Of a stretch of 64,000 nt of DNA, positions 47,836 to 57,649 are shown in pieces. Source of the DNA: Bacteroidota bacterium (GTDB taxonomy: Bacteria > Bacteroidota > Bacteroidia > JABEUT01). Every line of letters starts with the position of its first letter. Within the stretch, counting starts at the first letter, position 1. The DNA is taken from NCBI GenBank assembly GCA_013289165.1, contig JABDAL010000001.1, positions 9,603 to 73,602 of the forward strand, read 5' to 3'. The notes beneath the pieces were generated by a model, which saw nothing but the letters and a program-made list of their open reading frames with translations, was not told the DNA's origin and ran no database searches. The position numbers were made by a program, and so were the translations under genes.

Positions 47836-49277
47836 TGTCCTTGCGTTTTTTCTCTTAGCAAATCGAGTAAGATATTTATATGAGATAAATGCGTACGAAA
47901 GCTCAACACCGCAAGCCTGAGCATGAAGCGGTCTTCCAACATCGTTGAGGAAATAAATACCCGCCCATCTTTTACAATTGCATCAATTAGGTTTTTATTG
48001 AAAGCATTTGCATCTCCATTTTTAGGAACGTAGCGATACGATACTACCGACAAATCAGGACTAGGGCCGGTTTCAAATCCTAGCTTTTTTATCTCTACAT
48101 AGAAATATTTCGCCAACATTATTTTTTCCTCGAGGCAGGCACGAAATGGCTTTAGCCCGAGCAATTTTAGTGGGAGCCATAATCGTAATCCCCTGAAATG
48201 TTTGGTAAGTTCAGGAGACAAGTCTGCCGGAGACGGTTCTTCATCGGCGCTTAACGCATTCTGCATATAATTAGCACGATAATATTGGGAAGCTGCTAAT
48301 GCCTCTTTATTTTTTACTAATACCATTCCGAGCCCATAAGGAAGGAACAAGCTTTTGTGCGGGTCCACCACAACAGAATCAGATAATTCAATACCCTTTA
48401 ATAGTTGTTTCCCATATTCAGTTAGAATAAAAAAACCGCCGTAAGCTGCATCAATATGATACCATAAACCATATTTTTTTGCAATTGTTCCGATAGCTTC
48501 CAAAGGGTCTACAGCACCCACATCAGTAGTACCTGCAGAAGCAATAACTAAAAATGGAATAAGATTTTCTTTTATATCTTCAGCAATAATTTTTTCAAGC
48601 GCATCGGCTCTTATATGATAGTTTTCATCTAATTCAACATAGCGGATAATACACTCCGCAAGTCCTGCTATTCGTATTGCCTTAAAAATACAGTGATGTG
48701 CTTGTGATGAAACATAAATGACACTCCGCTTAACTTTCTCTGAAGTTATTTTTTTGTAATCTCTTGCCGCAACAATGGCTGAAAGATTAGCAATACTTCC
48801 TCCACTGGCAAGGTTTCCGGCACAGGTTGCAGGATAACCAATAAGTTCCGCTACCCACCTGATTAAACTATTTTCAAGGCGTACTGCACCCGGCCCTGCA
48901 AAAAATATTCCGGCGTAGCGATTTGTGATATCTGCCCAATAATCGCCCAATGCAGAGTAAAAGATTCCGCCCCCGGGAATGTACCCCAAATGCCCACCCG
49001 AAGCAGGATTTAAACCTGAAATATCGAGCCCGCTTTTGAGTGTTTCCAACACTTCATTTAATTGCTCCGGGTTTTCACTCACCGATAAATCTGTCAATAT
49101 TTTACTTGAATCCCGCTCAAGTATATAGGCCGGTAATGAATCTATGCGGTCAATAAAATTCTCCGTATAGTTGACAACGCCATCCCTTACTGTTTTACGT
49201 AATTCCGGGGAAGGCTCCAATTCCCTACTTAGTTTTTCAAGTTCCAGAATTTTCTGAATATCCGGAGAAATACTCAT
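47832..49277 (-). CDS. group II PLP-dependent amino-acid decarboxylase
   Basis: SAGTTDVGAVDP, DAAYGGF, and the PLP-lysine motif DPHKSLFLPYGLG. Lies 7 nt downstream of kmo on the same strand. Confidence 0.75.
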   Translation of the reverse strand: MSISPDIQKILELEKLSRELEPSPELRKTVRDGVVNYTENFIDRIDSLPAYILERDSSKILTDLSVSENPEQLNEVLETLKSGLDISGLNPASGGHLGYIPGGGIFYSALGDYWADITNRYAGIFFAGPGAVRLENSLIRWVAELIGYPATCAGNLASGGSIANLSAIVAARDYKKITSEKVKRSVIYVSSQAHHCIFKAIRIAGLAECIIRYVELDENYHIRADALEKIIAEDIKENLIPFLVIASAGTTDVGAVDPLEAIGTIAKKYGLWYHIDAAYGGFFILTEYGKQLLKGIELSDSVVVDPHKSLFLPYGLGMVLVKNKEALAASQYYRANYMQNALSADEEPSPADLSPELTKHFRGLRLWLPLKLLGLKPFRACLEEKIMLAKYFYVEIKKLGFETGPSPDLSVVSYRYVPKNGDANAFNKNLIDAIVKDGRVFISSTMLEDRFMLRLAVLSFRTHLSHINILLDLLREKTQGH

Positions 49278-49284
49278 ACAACAC

Positions 49285-50652
49285 TCAACTGTTTTTTATC
49301 AATTCTGTCATTATTTCCTCTACTTCTGCAGAATTCCATTTTTCAGATATATCGGGAATACCGAGTACTTTTTTCATTATCGAATCCTGCTTTCTGCCAC
49401 GTTCTAATGCATAGCTGTAAGGCAGGTCGCTAAAGGTAACCATAGAATAAAGCGGCAGCCATTTGTCAGGATGCCTGCTGCTGAAATGTGCCTCTATTTT
49501 TTTCTGTAAAATAAAATCGGGGTGAGTTACTAAGTCCCGCATCTCAACAAAATTAGCAACGGCAAGGTCTGCAATGGCATCTGAGTTGGGCTTGCGGGAG
49601 TGCTCTAATTCTTCAAAAACTTTTTTCCATGCCGCTTCGCTTTCTCCCTTGCTTAACTGTTTTTCTATTAATTCGTTCAATACTGTACAGTCCTCAAAGC
49701 CGCAATTCATACCCTGTCCGTAAAAGGGAACAATGGCGTGTGCGGCATCGCCCAGCATCAGCATTTTATCTTCGTAGCTCCAGGGAAAGCACCGTACCGT
49801 TACTAATGACGCAGAAGGATTATGGAAAAAATCTTCCATTAATGTTGGCATTAATGCCACTGCATCAGGAAAGGTTTTATGAAAGAATTTTTTTATGGAT
49901 TCTTTTGTTGTAAGTGTTGAAAAAGATTCTGCACCTTCGAACGGGAAAAATAATGTACAAGTAAAACTGCCGTCAATATTGGGAAGTGCAATCATCATAA
50001 AATTGCCGCGTGGCCATATATGCAGGCAATTTTTCTCCATGGCAAAATCACCATTTGCAGTTGGCGGAATATGCAGTTCTTTATACCCATAGTTGAGATA
50101 GTGCTGGGAGTATTCAAATCTGTCGGTAGAAAGCTGCATTTGCAGGCGGGCTGCAGAGAATGCACCGTCTGTAGCAAAAATGCGGGAAGCATAGAAATGA
50201 ATATCCTCTTTTATTAGGGCATCTTCCAGAACCAGTGAAGCATCCTTTAATGAAATAGTTTTGCAGCGTTTGTTGAAATGAATTTTAGCTCCTTTTTGTT
50301 CAGCCAAATCCATTAAGAGGCAGTTCAATCCTGTACGCGATACGGAATAGATAGCTTGTCCTTCTTTTCCATAAGGGAGAAGAGTGGTTTTTCCTGCTAT
50401 ATCGTGCGTCATACGCCCTTTCATGGGAATGGCAATTTTTCTTATTTCATCAGCTATGCCAACCCCCTCAAGTGCCTTCCAACCACGGTCGGAAAGGGCA
50501 AGGTTGATAGACCTGCCACCTGCCATGTTACCGGAGCGCATATCATCCCGTCGCTCCAATAATTCAACTTTATATCCCCGTTGCGATAAATAAATTGCAA
50601 GTAAAGAACCTACCAGGCCGGCTCCCACTATTGCAATTGGTTTTTCGTTCAT
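49285..50652 (-). CDS. kmo: kynurenine 3-monooxygenase (FAD-dependent)
   Basis: GAGLVGS dinucleotide fold, the GDAAH motif (LGDAAHAIVPFYGQGMNCGFED), and size typical of bacterial KMO. Confidence 0.8.
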   Translation of the reverse strand: MNEKPIAIVGAGLVGSLLAIYLSQRGYKVELLERRDDMRSGNMAGGRSINLALSDRGWKALEGVGIADEIRKIAIPMKGRMTHDIAGKTTLLPYGKEGQAIYSVSRTGLNCLLMDLAEQKGAKIHFNKRCKTISLKDASLVLEDALIKEDIHFYASRIFATDGAFSAARLQMQLSTDRFEYSQHYLNYGYKELHIPPTANGDFAMEKNCLHIWPRGNFMMIALPNIDGSFTCTLFFPFEGAESFSTLTTKESIKKFFHKTFPDAVALMPTLMEDFFHNPSASLVTVRCFPWSYEDKMLMLGDAAHAIVPFYGQGMNCGFEDCTVLNELIEKQLSKGESEAAWKKVFEELEHSRKPNSDAIADLAVANFVEMRDLVTHPDFILQKKIEAHFSSRHPDKWLPLYSMVTFSDLPYSYALERGRKQDSIMKKVLGIPDISEKWNSAEVEEIMTELIKNS

Positions 50653-50698
50653 CTTGTTAGTGTATTAATGTGGCATTTCGATTTCGCTCAATGCCTCT

Positions 50699-51241
50699 TT
50701 ATTGCTTTGATTTCTTTTCTCTTGCTTTTTTGTATATCAATGTGGCACCCCAAAGCATAAAGCCTAATAATAATACTCCTATAATGCCCCATAGGAAACT
50801 CACCGTGTCTTTAAGAGTGACAATAAACACAATAGCAAAAAGAAAGATGGTTGCTAATTCGTTCCACATGCGTAGTTGCATGGAAGTCCAGGTAACTTTA
50901 TTTTTTTGCAGCTTGCGTAAAATGAAATGGTTTTGGAGATGGTATAATGTGAGCCCGAAAACAAACAGCAGTTTAATAAGGAGCCAGGCCGGGGGAGCCC
51001 ATCCATAGAGAGTATAAAGCAGGGTGAATCCAAATATATAAGTAAGTATAGCAGATGGCCAGGTAATACCGTACCATAAGCGCCTTTCCATAATCTTATA
51101 CTGATTCTGGAGAATAGTTTTTTCAGGCTCAGGCTTTTTTTCTGCCTCGGTGTGGTAGATAAAAAGACGTACTATATAAAATAGTCCCGCAAACCAGGTT
51201 ACTATAAAAATAATATGTAATGGAAGAATGTATTTAATCAT
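50699..51241 (-). CDS. hemJ: protoporphyrinogen IX oxidase HemJ (UPF0093 family)
   Basis: 180-aa membrane protein with N-terminus HIIFIVTWFAGLFYIVRLFIYH, characteristic of HemJ. Confidence 0.7.
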   Translation of the reverse strand: MIKYILPLHIIFIVTWFAGLFYIVRLFIYHTEAEKKPEPEKTILQNQYKIMERRLWYGITWPSAILTYIFGFTLLYTLYGWAPPAWLLIKLLFVFGLTLYHLQNHFILRKLQKNKVTWTSMQLRMWNELATIFLFAIVFIVTLKDTVSFLWGIIGVLLLGFMLWGATLIYKKAREKKSKQ

Positions 51242-51606
51242 CGTTTTAGTAAGGGATAAAAAGCATTTTGAATATGATTCACTTTATAACTGTCACCGGT
51301 TTTTAGAACAGAAAGAATATCGAAGCGGCTCTCGAGCACCAGGTTTTTCTTTTCAAGATATGCATTGGCAGCTTTAATAAGGTTTTTTTGTTTCTCACGA
51401 TTCACAAATACTTCCGGTTCGCCAAAAGTATTGGAAGAGCGTGTTTTCACCTCCGCAATTACCAAGTAAAATTTGTCTTTAGCAATAATGTCTATTTCCT
51501 GGTTGCCTTGTCTCCAGTTAGTTTCCAGTATCTCATATCCTATCGAGCGCAAATATTCCACTGCCTTTGCTTCACCTTCCCCACCTGTTTTTTGCTTCTC
51601 GTTCAT
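51238..51606 (-). CDS. yraN: YraN-family (UPF0102) endonuclease-like protein
   Basis: GEGEAKAVEYLRSIGYEILETNWR..GEIDIIA...VIAEVKTR pattern. Confidence 0.8.
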   Translation of the reverse strand: MNEKQKTGGEGEAKAVEYLRSIGYEILETNWRQGNQEIDIIAKDKFYLVIAEVKTRSSNTFGEPEVFVNREKQKNLIKAANAYLEKKNLVLESRFDILSVLKTGDSYKVNHIQNAFYPLLKR

Positions 51607-51622
51607 TACTATAAATACAATT

Positions 51623-53743
51623 TTAACCTTGCCATTTCATTCCAAGATTGTAGAATACGAAACTCCACATGTCGCCAAATTCATCAATTTGTTTCGACAT
51701 GGGTTTGCCTCCGCCGTGACCGGCATTATGGTCTATCCGTATAATAACAGGCTCGTTTCCCTTTTGATGTTCCTGCATAGTGGCGGCAAACTTGAATGAA
51801 TGAGCAGGTACAACTCTGTCATCATGGTCAGCCGTGGTAATGAGTGTTGCAGGATAAGCTGTGTCGTGCACGTTGTGCAACGGAGAATATTTAATAAGGT
51901 TATGAAACTGAACAGAGTCGTCGCTTGTGCCATAATCATGTGCCCACGACCAGCCGATGGTAAATTTATGATAGCGCAACATGTCCAGCACGCCAACGCC
52001 GGGAAGAGCTACTTTTGCCATATCGGGATGTTCAGTAATAGATGCGCCAATAAGGAGCCCGCCATTAGAACGCCCGTGAATAGCCAATTTGCTGCGGGAC
52101 GTATATTTATTATCTACCAGGTAGGAGGAGGCTGCATAGAAATCGTCAAACACATTTTGTTTGTTGAGCTTAGTACCTGCTTCATGCCATTTCTCGCCAT
52201 ACTCGCCACCACCACGCAGGTTGGGAACCGCATAAATTCCTCCATGTTCAAGGAATAGTGCAGCACCCGGACTAAAGGCAGGCAGTATGCTGATGTCGAA
52301 TCCTCCGTATGCATATAAGAAGCAGGGGTTGTTTCCATCCATCTTTATGCCTTTTTTATGAACTATATACATCGGTATTTTGGTTCCGTCTCTGCTCGGA
52401 TAAAATACCTGCTCGGTTTCATAATCATCCGATTTGAATCCATTATCAGGCTTAGCAAATAATACTGATTTATCTGCCGCTACATCATAGCTGAAAATAG
52501 TTGGCAGCGTAATATAATTAGTAAAAGAATAAAACACGTAAGGGCTTTTTTTATTGGATGAAAAATCGCTATTGCCAAGCCCGGGCAGCTTGATTTCAGT
52601 GAGCATTTTACCATCTGCGCTATATACATAGAGCCTTGTTTTGACATTATCCTGGTACGATGCAATAATTTTATCTCCTGATAAACCCACACCCTGCAAC
52701 AGATTTTCCTGTTCGGGCAAAACGTTTGTCCAATTTGCAGAGTCGGGTTTGGTGAGGTCTATCCAAACCAGCCTGTATTTGGACGCACCCTTGTTGGTCA
52801 TTACTAATAAGGAGTTTCCATTATCGTCTACCACATTATTATCATTTCTGAAGTCGCTAATAACAGAAACTAATGGGGCATTATCACCGGCAAGGTTTTT
52901 CACCATCAACGCATTTCCGTAAGAGGACTCTTCAGAGTGAATGACCAGGTATTTTTCATCTTCGGTGGTATATGCTCCCATTGTGCGCATAGGGTGGTCT
53001 TTATCTTCATACACGAGTTGGTCATCCCTTTGCGGGGTGCCTACTTTGTGGTAATAAATTTTCGGATTTTCATTTTTATTTACCAGTGCTGCACCTTTTG
53101 CAGGGGCATCATAACGGGTATAATAGAAGCCATCTCCTTTCCAGCCAATATCAGAGAATTTACTATACTTTAATGTATCGCTTAATTGCTTCCCGGTTGC
53201 AATGTCGAGCACATAAAACTCATTCCAGTCGGAACCTGCCCTGCTGATGCCATACGCCAAATATTTTTGGTCGTTGGATACACCAATAGCATATATAGCC
53301 ACAGTCCCGTCTTTTGAGAGGGTATTCGGGTCAAGCAATATGCGTGGAGTGCCTGTAAGCCCTTCCTGTACATAGAGCACACTTTGATTCTGTGAGCCAT
53401 TATTTTTATAGTAGAATACATAATTTCCTTTATTAAAGGGCACACTATATTTTTCGTAGTGATATAGTTCTGCAAGCTGTTTCTTGAGTGAATCGCGGAA
53501 CGAAATTTTTGAAAGATAGCCCTGTGTTACATCGTTTTCAGCTTTTATCCAATCGGCGGTTTCGGCAGAAGTGTCATTTTCAAGCCAGCGATAGGGGTCA
53601 GCAATTTTTACGCCGAAGTAAATGGTTACAGTATCTACCTTGCGGGTATGCGGGTAGTTTAGTTTTTCAACGGTATTATCAGTTGAGGGGCGGTTGCAGG
53701 CTGCAAGAACCAACAGCCCCAAAGAAAATGGATATAACTTCAT
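51623..53743 (-). CDS. prolyl oligopeptidase (S9A family)
   Basis: N-terminal beta-propeller (DPYRWLE) and a C-terminal alpha/beta hydrolase domain with GRSNGGLL (nucleophile Ser), DDRV and the GHG motif. Confidence 0.88.
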   Translation of the reverse strand: MKLYPFSLGLLVLAACNRPSTDNTVEKLNYPHTRKVDTVTIYFGVKIADPYRWLENDTSAETADWIKAENDVTQGYLSKISFRDSLKKQLAELYHYEKYSVPFNKGNYVFYYKNNGSQNQSVLYVQEGLTGTPRILLDPNTLSKDGTVAIYAIGVSNDQKYLAYGISRAGSDWNEFYVLDIATGKQLSDTLKYSKFSDIGWKGDGFYYTRYDAPAKGAALVNKNENPKIYYHKVGTPQRDDQLVYEDKDHPMRTMGAYTTEDEKYLVIHSEESSYGNALMVKNLAGDNAPLVSVISDFRNDNNVVDDNGNSLLVMTNKGASKYRLVWIDLTKPDSANWTNVLPEQENLLQGVGLSGDKIIASYQDNVKTRLYVYSADGKMLTEIKLPGLGNSDFSSNKKSPYVFYSFTNYITLPTIFSYDVAADKSVLFAKPDNGFKSDDYETEQVFYPSRDGTKIPMYIVHKKGIKMDGNNPCFLYAYGGFDISILPAFSPGAALFLEHGGIYAVPNLRGGGEYGEKWHEAGTKLNKQNVFDDFYAASSYLVDNKYTSRSKLAIHGRSNGGLLIGASITEHPDMAKVALPGVGVLDMLRYHKFTIGWSWAHDYGTSDDSVQFHNLIKYSPLHNVHDTAYPATLITTADHDDRVVPAHSFKFAATMQEHQKGNEPVIIRIDHNAGHGGGKPMSKQIDEFGDMWSFVFYNLGMKWQG

Positions 53744-53837
53744 AATGATTTTAAAATGGATGACGAAGGTATTAAAAAATGCTAAATCTGTTTCTCATTG
53801 CCAAAAGGAACTTCAGAATTGTATAACTTTGCCTCAT

Positions 53838-55115
53838 ATGTCTCTATTTAAAAGGATTTTCCTATTGTGCCTTATATGCTTCACTTTGTCGGAAGCGAGG
53901 GCAACGTATATTTTTATCCCTATGGATGAAAGCCAACCCCAGTGCCTTAAAGCATACGGTATTGCATACCTTGCTTTGAAGGAGGGTGTAACGGTGGAAT
54001 GGCTGTTGAATTACCGGGGTGGCAGTTTTGTTTTTCCCGATGCCTCTGTTTTTGAAGATGCCTGCAAAATAAGAAACGTAAAATTTGAATTGATTGCGGA
54101 TGACCAGGAAGCCTCTATCATACAGCAGATAAGCAACCCTGAAGTAAATATGGATGCTGTAAAATTGGAAAAACCACCACGTATTGCTGTATATTCACCC
54201 AAAAATAAACTGCCCTGGGATGATGCGGTTACACTTGCACTTACCTATGCTGAAATACCTTATGATGTAATATATGATGAGGAAATACTGAATGGGGTGT
54301 TACCTAAATATGATTGGTTGCATTTGCATCATGAGGATTTTACGGGCCAGTATGGAAAATTTTGGGGAGCATACCAAAATGCGTCATGGTACCAGGAAGA
54401 CGTGAAGTTTCAGGAGGAGATGGCACAGAAGATGGGGTTCCAGAAAGTGTCGCAGATGAAGCTTGCTGTGGCAAAAAAGATACGCGATTTTGTTTCAGGC
54501 GGTGGTTTCCTGTTTGCTATGTGCTCTGCTCCCGATTCGTATGATATTGCTTTATCGGCTGAAGGTATTGATATCTGCCAAACCCCATTTGACGGGGACC
54601 CGGCTGATGTGGACTGCAATAAAAAGCTGAACTACGATGCATGCTTTGCTTTCAAGGGATTTACTGTAGACCTTAATCCGTATGATTATCCTAAATCGGA
54701 TATTGATACTTCTCCCTACAGGGTTCAAAAATATGGGTTGAACCAGGACAACGATTTCTTTACCCTTTTTGATTTTTCTGCTAAATGGGACCCTGTGCCC
54801 ACCATGCTATGCCAGGACCATACCAAAGTAATTAAAGGCTTTTGGGGTCAGACAACGGCATTCAATGAGCAATTTTTGAAATCGTCGGTTACCATAATGG
54901 GAGAGAACAAGGGCGCTAATGAGGCCAAATATGTTCATGGGGATTATGGGAAAGGAACCTGGACATTTTATGGCGGACATGACCCCGAATGCTACCAGCA
55001 CCGTGTTGGAGATCCTCCCACTGATTTATCTCTCCATCCAAACTCACCGGGATACAGGCTTATATTAAACAACGTGCTTTTTCCGGCAGCCAAAAAGAAA
55101 AAAAGGGAAACATAA
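53838..55115 (+). CDS. conserved secreted hypothetical protein
   Basis: Start set at MSLFKRIFLLCLICFTLSEARA (signal peptide). The body (IPMDESQPQCLKAYGIAY...) resembles a Bacteroidota family I cannot name reliably. Confidence 0.55.
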   Translation: MSLFKRIFLLCLICFTLSEARATYIFIPMDESQPQCLKAYGIAYLALKEGVTVEWLLNYRGGSFVFPDASVFEDACKIRNVKFELIADDQEASIIQQISNPEVNMDAVKLEKPPRIAVYSPKNKLPWDDAVTLALTYAEIPYDVIYDEEILNGVLPKYDWLHLHHEDFTGQYGKFWGAYQNASWYQEDVKFQEEMAQKMGFQKVSQMKLAVAKKIRDFVSGGGFLFAMCSAPDSYDIALSAEGIDICQTPFDGDPADVDCNKKLNYDACFAFKGFTVDLNPYDYPKSDIDTSPYRVQKYGLNQDNDFFTLFDFSAKWDPVPTMLCQDHTKVIKGFWGQTTAFNEQFLKSSVTIMGENKGANEAKYVHGDYGKGTWTFYGGHDPECYQHRVGDPPTDLSLHPNSPGYRLILNNVLFPAAKKKKRET

Positions 55116-55236
55116 TGCCGTAAGCATGCTTTGAATGTGAATAACAGTTCACGCTAAAAAGCAACTCTCTTTTTCAAGCAATAGGTGAATTAGAATTCCT
55201 TAATATGTAATTAACATTAAGGTAAAATCCCTTGTC

Positions 55237-55244
55237 TAATCTTG
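55237..55244 (+). promoter_or_regulatory. candidate -7 box TAATCTTG (one mismatch), duplicated at 56445-56452
   Basis: The TAATCTTGCACC block is conserved upstream of both tandem paralogs. Confidence 0.3.
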
Positions 55245-55276
55245 CACCACAAATCAAAAATAAAACCGACTTTAAC

Positions 55277-56296
55277 ATGAAAACAAAAATCAACTACTTA
55301 ATCGTATTATTTGTATTGGCAATTGCTGCCCCTAAAGCAAATGCTCAAACCCTTATTCAATACTGGGATTTTAATGGCACTCTCCCTGCCGCAGGCGGCG
55401 GAGGCGACAGCCTGGGTAACAGTAATGCAACCTATGGTGCGCTGACAGCTAACCAGGTGGCTAAAGGTTTAACGGCTGGACATATCATTTATTCCCGCCC
55501 TACCAAACACTATAACTCTGGCACAAGAGACAGTATTTTGGATAATGGCAGCGGAGGAGCAGGGGTATATGATTTCAGTAACAGCAACGATACCGGGGGT
55601 ACTGCAGCCGGAAACCTATTTGTACGCGCCCGTAATCCTGCTGATAGTTGTGTAATGTATGTATATATACCAACCACTGGTTATAAGAATATCCAATTTG
55701 AATTTGCATTGTCTGCTTCCAGTACCAAAGGTGCTAACTATGGAATATTTTCATACAGTACCAATAATGGAACAAGTTGGAATAACTTGACTAAGGCAAT
55801 GGATACTTTTAATATCAGTGGGGTGTATCGTCCCGATACCTTGCAGTTGCTAAATCCTATCTCATCAGCCAGTGCCTGGTATCCTGTTCATATAAATTTC
55901 AGCAGCGATCCGACTGTAAACAGCAATGCTAATGTGATTGTAAGGATGATGCTTGCCGGGCCTAATACACACCAGCAGGCAAGTGGAAATGCTCGCTTTG
56001 ATAATTTTGCTGTATTGGGAACTATTGTAGCCGGCGTTAATGAAATATCAGCCGAGGCAGCCGGATATAGTGTATATCCCAACCCTGTGGGCGATTTTGT
56101 AAATGTAGTTTCGAGCCAGTATACAGGTGCAAAAGTTATTACCCTGTATAATGTTGTTGGGCAGGAAGTGAGCCAGACACAAACCAGCGACTTGCAAACC
56201 GCCATCAGTACTTCTTCCTTAAATTCAGGCATGTATTTTGTGGAAATACAAGAGGTAGCAACCGGCAATAAATATACGCAAAAAATTGTAAAATAG
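55277..56296 (+). CDS. T9SS C-terminal-target (type A sorting domain) secreted protein, paralog 1
   Basis: Signal peptide MKTKINYLIVLFVLAIAAPKANAQ. C-terminal ~80 aa are Por_Secre_tail-like (YPNPVGDFVNVVS...GMYFVEIQ...QKIVK). Confidence 0.8.
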   Translation: MKTKINYLIVLFVLAIAAPKANAQTLIQYWDFNGTLPAAGGGGDSLGNSNATYGALTANQVAKGLTAGHIIYSRPTKHYNSGTRDSILDNGSGGAGVYDFSNSNDTGGTAAGNLFVRARNPADSCVMYVYIPTTGYKNIQFEFALSASSTKGANYGIFSYSTNNGTSWNNLTKAMDTFNISGVYRPDTLQLLNPISSASAWYPVHINFSSDPTVNSNANVIVRMMLAGPNTHQQASGNARFDNFAVLGTIVAGVNEISAEAAGYSVYPNPVGDFVNVVSSQYTGAKVITLYNVVGQEVSQTQTSDLQTAISTSSLNSGMYFVEIQEVATGNKYTQKIVK

Positions 56297-56323
56297 TAAT
56301 AGGTTTTGTTTAGTAATAGGATA

Positions 56324-56354
56324 AGTCCGTTCCCGAAAGGGGCGGACTTTTTTC
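56324..56354 (+). terminator. rho-independent terminator
   Basis: AGTCCG..CCC-gaaa-GGG..CGGACT followed by TTTTTTC. Confidence 0.7.
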
Positions 56355-56444
56355 TTTACTATTTTGAAGTGAACTTTTAATCCAATATTAACTCCTTCGG
56401 GGATTTGTTAATCTTGAATTAATAATGAGTTAATATGGCTTGGG

Positions 56445-56452
56445 TAATCTTG
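56445..56452 (+). promoter_or_regulatory. candidate -7 box TAATCTTG (one mismatch) for paralog 2
   Basis: Same conserved TAATCTTGCACC block as at 55237. Confidence 0.3.
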
Positions 56453-56495
56453 CACCGCCAAACTCAAATAAAAACAAAAATAATACCTTTTTACC

Positions 56496-57497
56496 ATGAA
56501 AACAAAAATTAACTACTTGATTATCTTAATCGCATTAGCTTTCTTTACTCCTAAAGCAAATGCACAAACCCTTATCCAGTTTTGGGATTTTAATGCTACC
56601 CTCCCTTCCGGCGGTGCAGGAGGAGATAGCTTAGGTAGCAGTAACCCAACGTATGCATTACCGGCTAACCAGTATGCAACAGGAGCAGCAGGTAGCATTA
56701 CTTATTCTCACCCAACCGGAGGCGGTATTTTGGACAATGGTGCCGGACCAGGTTATGCATATTTCTATGATTACAGCAACAGTAATGATACTGGTGGTGC
56801 TGTAGCCGGAAACTTGTTTGTACGTGCCCGTAATCCTGCACAGAATGCATCAATGTATATTCAAATTCCTACTAACGGTTATAAGAATATTACGTTGGAC
56901 TTTGCACTTTCTGCTTCCAGTTCAAAAGGAGCTAATTATGGTATATTTTCTTACAGTACCAGTGGTATGGCAGGACCATGGAAGAATTTAACGAAAGCGA
57001 TGGATACTTTTAATATCAGTGGTGTATACCGTCCTGATACCTTGCAATTGCTAAATCCTATCACAGTAGGAAGTAACTGGTATCCTGTTCAAATTAATTT
57101 CAGCAATGATGCAAGTGTAAATTCTAACAAGTCCAATTTTATTGTGAAAATAGAATTTGAAGGACCTAATACGACACTTACAAGTGGCAATGCACGGTTC
57201 GATAACTTTGCAGCAAAAGGAACTGTTATAGCCGATGTAAATGAAATATCAGCTGAGGCTGCCGGATACAGTGTGTATCCTAACCCGGTGGGTGATTTTG
57301 TAAACGTGGTTTCCAGCCAGTATATAGGTGCAAAAGTTATTACCTTGTATAATGTAGTTGGACAAGAAGTGAGCCAAACACAAACAAGCGCTTTACAAAC
57401 AGCCATCAATACTTCTTCCCTGAATACGGGAGTGTATTTTGTGGAAATAAAAGAAGCAGGTACCGGAAATACCTACACGCAAAAAATTGTAAAATAG
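56496..57497 (+). CDS. T9SS C-terminal-target (type A sorting domain) secreted protein, paralog 2
   Basis: Collinear with paralog 1. Shares the signal peptide, GNLFVRARNPA, KGANYGIFSYST and NLTKAMDTFNISGVYRPDTLQLLNPI blocks, and a near-identical C-terminal sorting domain. Confidence 0.8.
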   Translation: MKTKINYLIILIALAFFTPKANAQTLIQFWDFNATLPSGGAGGDSLGSSNPTYALPANQYATGAAGSITYSHPTGGGILDNGAGPGYAYFYDYSNSNDTGGAVAGNLFVRARNPAQNASMYIQIPTNGYKNITLDFALSASSSKGANYGIFSYSTSGMAGPWKNLTKAMDTFNISGVYRPDTLQLLNPITVGSNWYPVQINFSNDASVNSNKSNFIVKIEFEGPNTTLTSGNARFDNFAAKGTVIADVNEISAEAAGYSVYPNPVGDFVNVVSSQYIGAKVITLYNVVGQEVSQTQTSALQTAINTSSLNTGVYFVEIKEAGTGNTYTQKIVK

Positions 57498-57522
57498 TAA
57501 TAGGTTTCGTTTAGTAATAGGA

Positions 57523-57556
57523 TAAGTCCGCTTCTGAAAAGAGGCGGACTTTTTTC
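57523..57556 (+). terminator. rho-independent terminator
   Basis: AAGTCCGC-ttctgaaaaga-GGCGGACTT followed by TTTTTC. Confidence 0.7.
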
Positions 57557-57641
57557 TTTGTATAATTTACAAGATAAATTTCTTCTGTCCAAAAATGTAA
57601 ATTGTCGTATAAAAAAGAGGGAGGATTAAATTAAATTTTCC

Positions 57642-57649
57642 TAATTTTG
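57642..57649 (+). promoter_or_regulatory. candidate -7 box TAATTTTG for the arg operon, overlapping the palindrome TTTGCA-ct-TGCAAA
   Basis: Exact TAnnTTTG about 275 nt upstream of the first arg-operon ATG, which implies a long leader. Confidence 0.3.
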
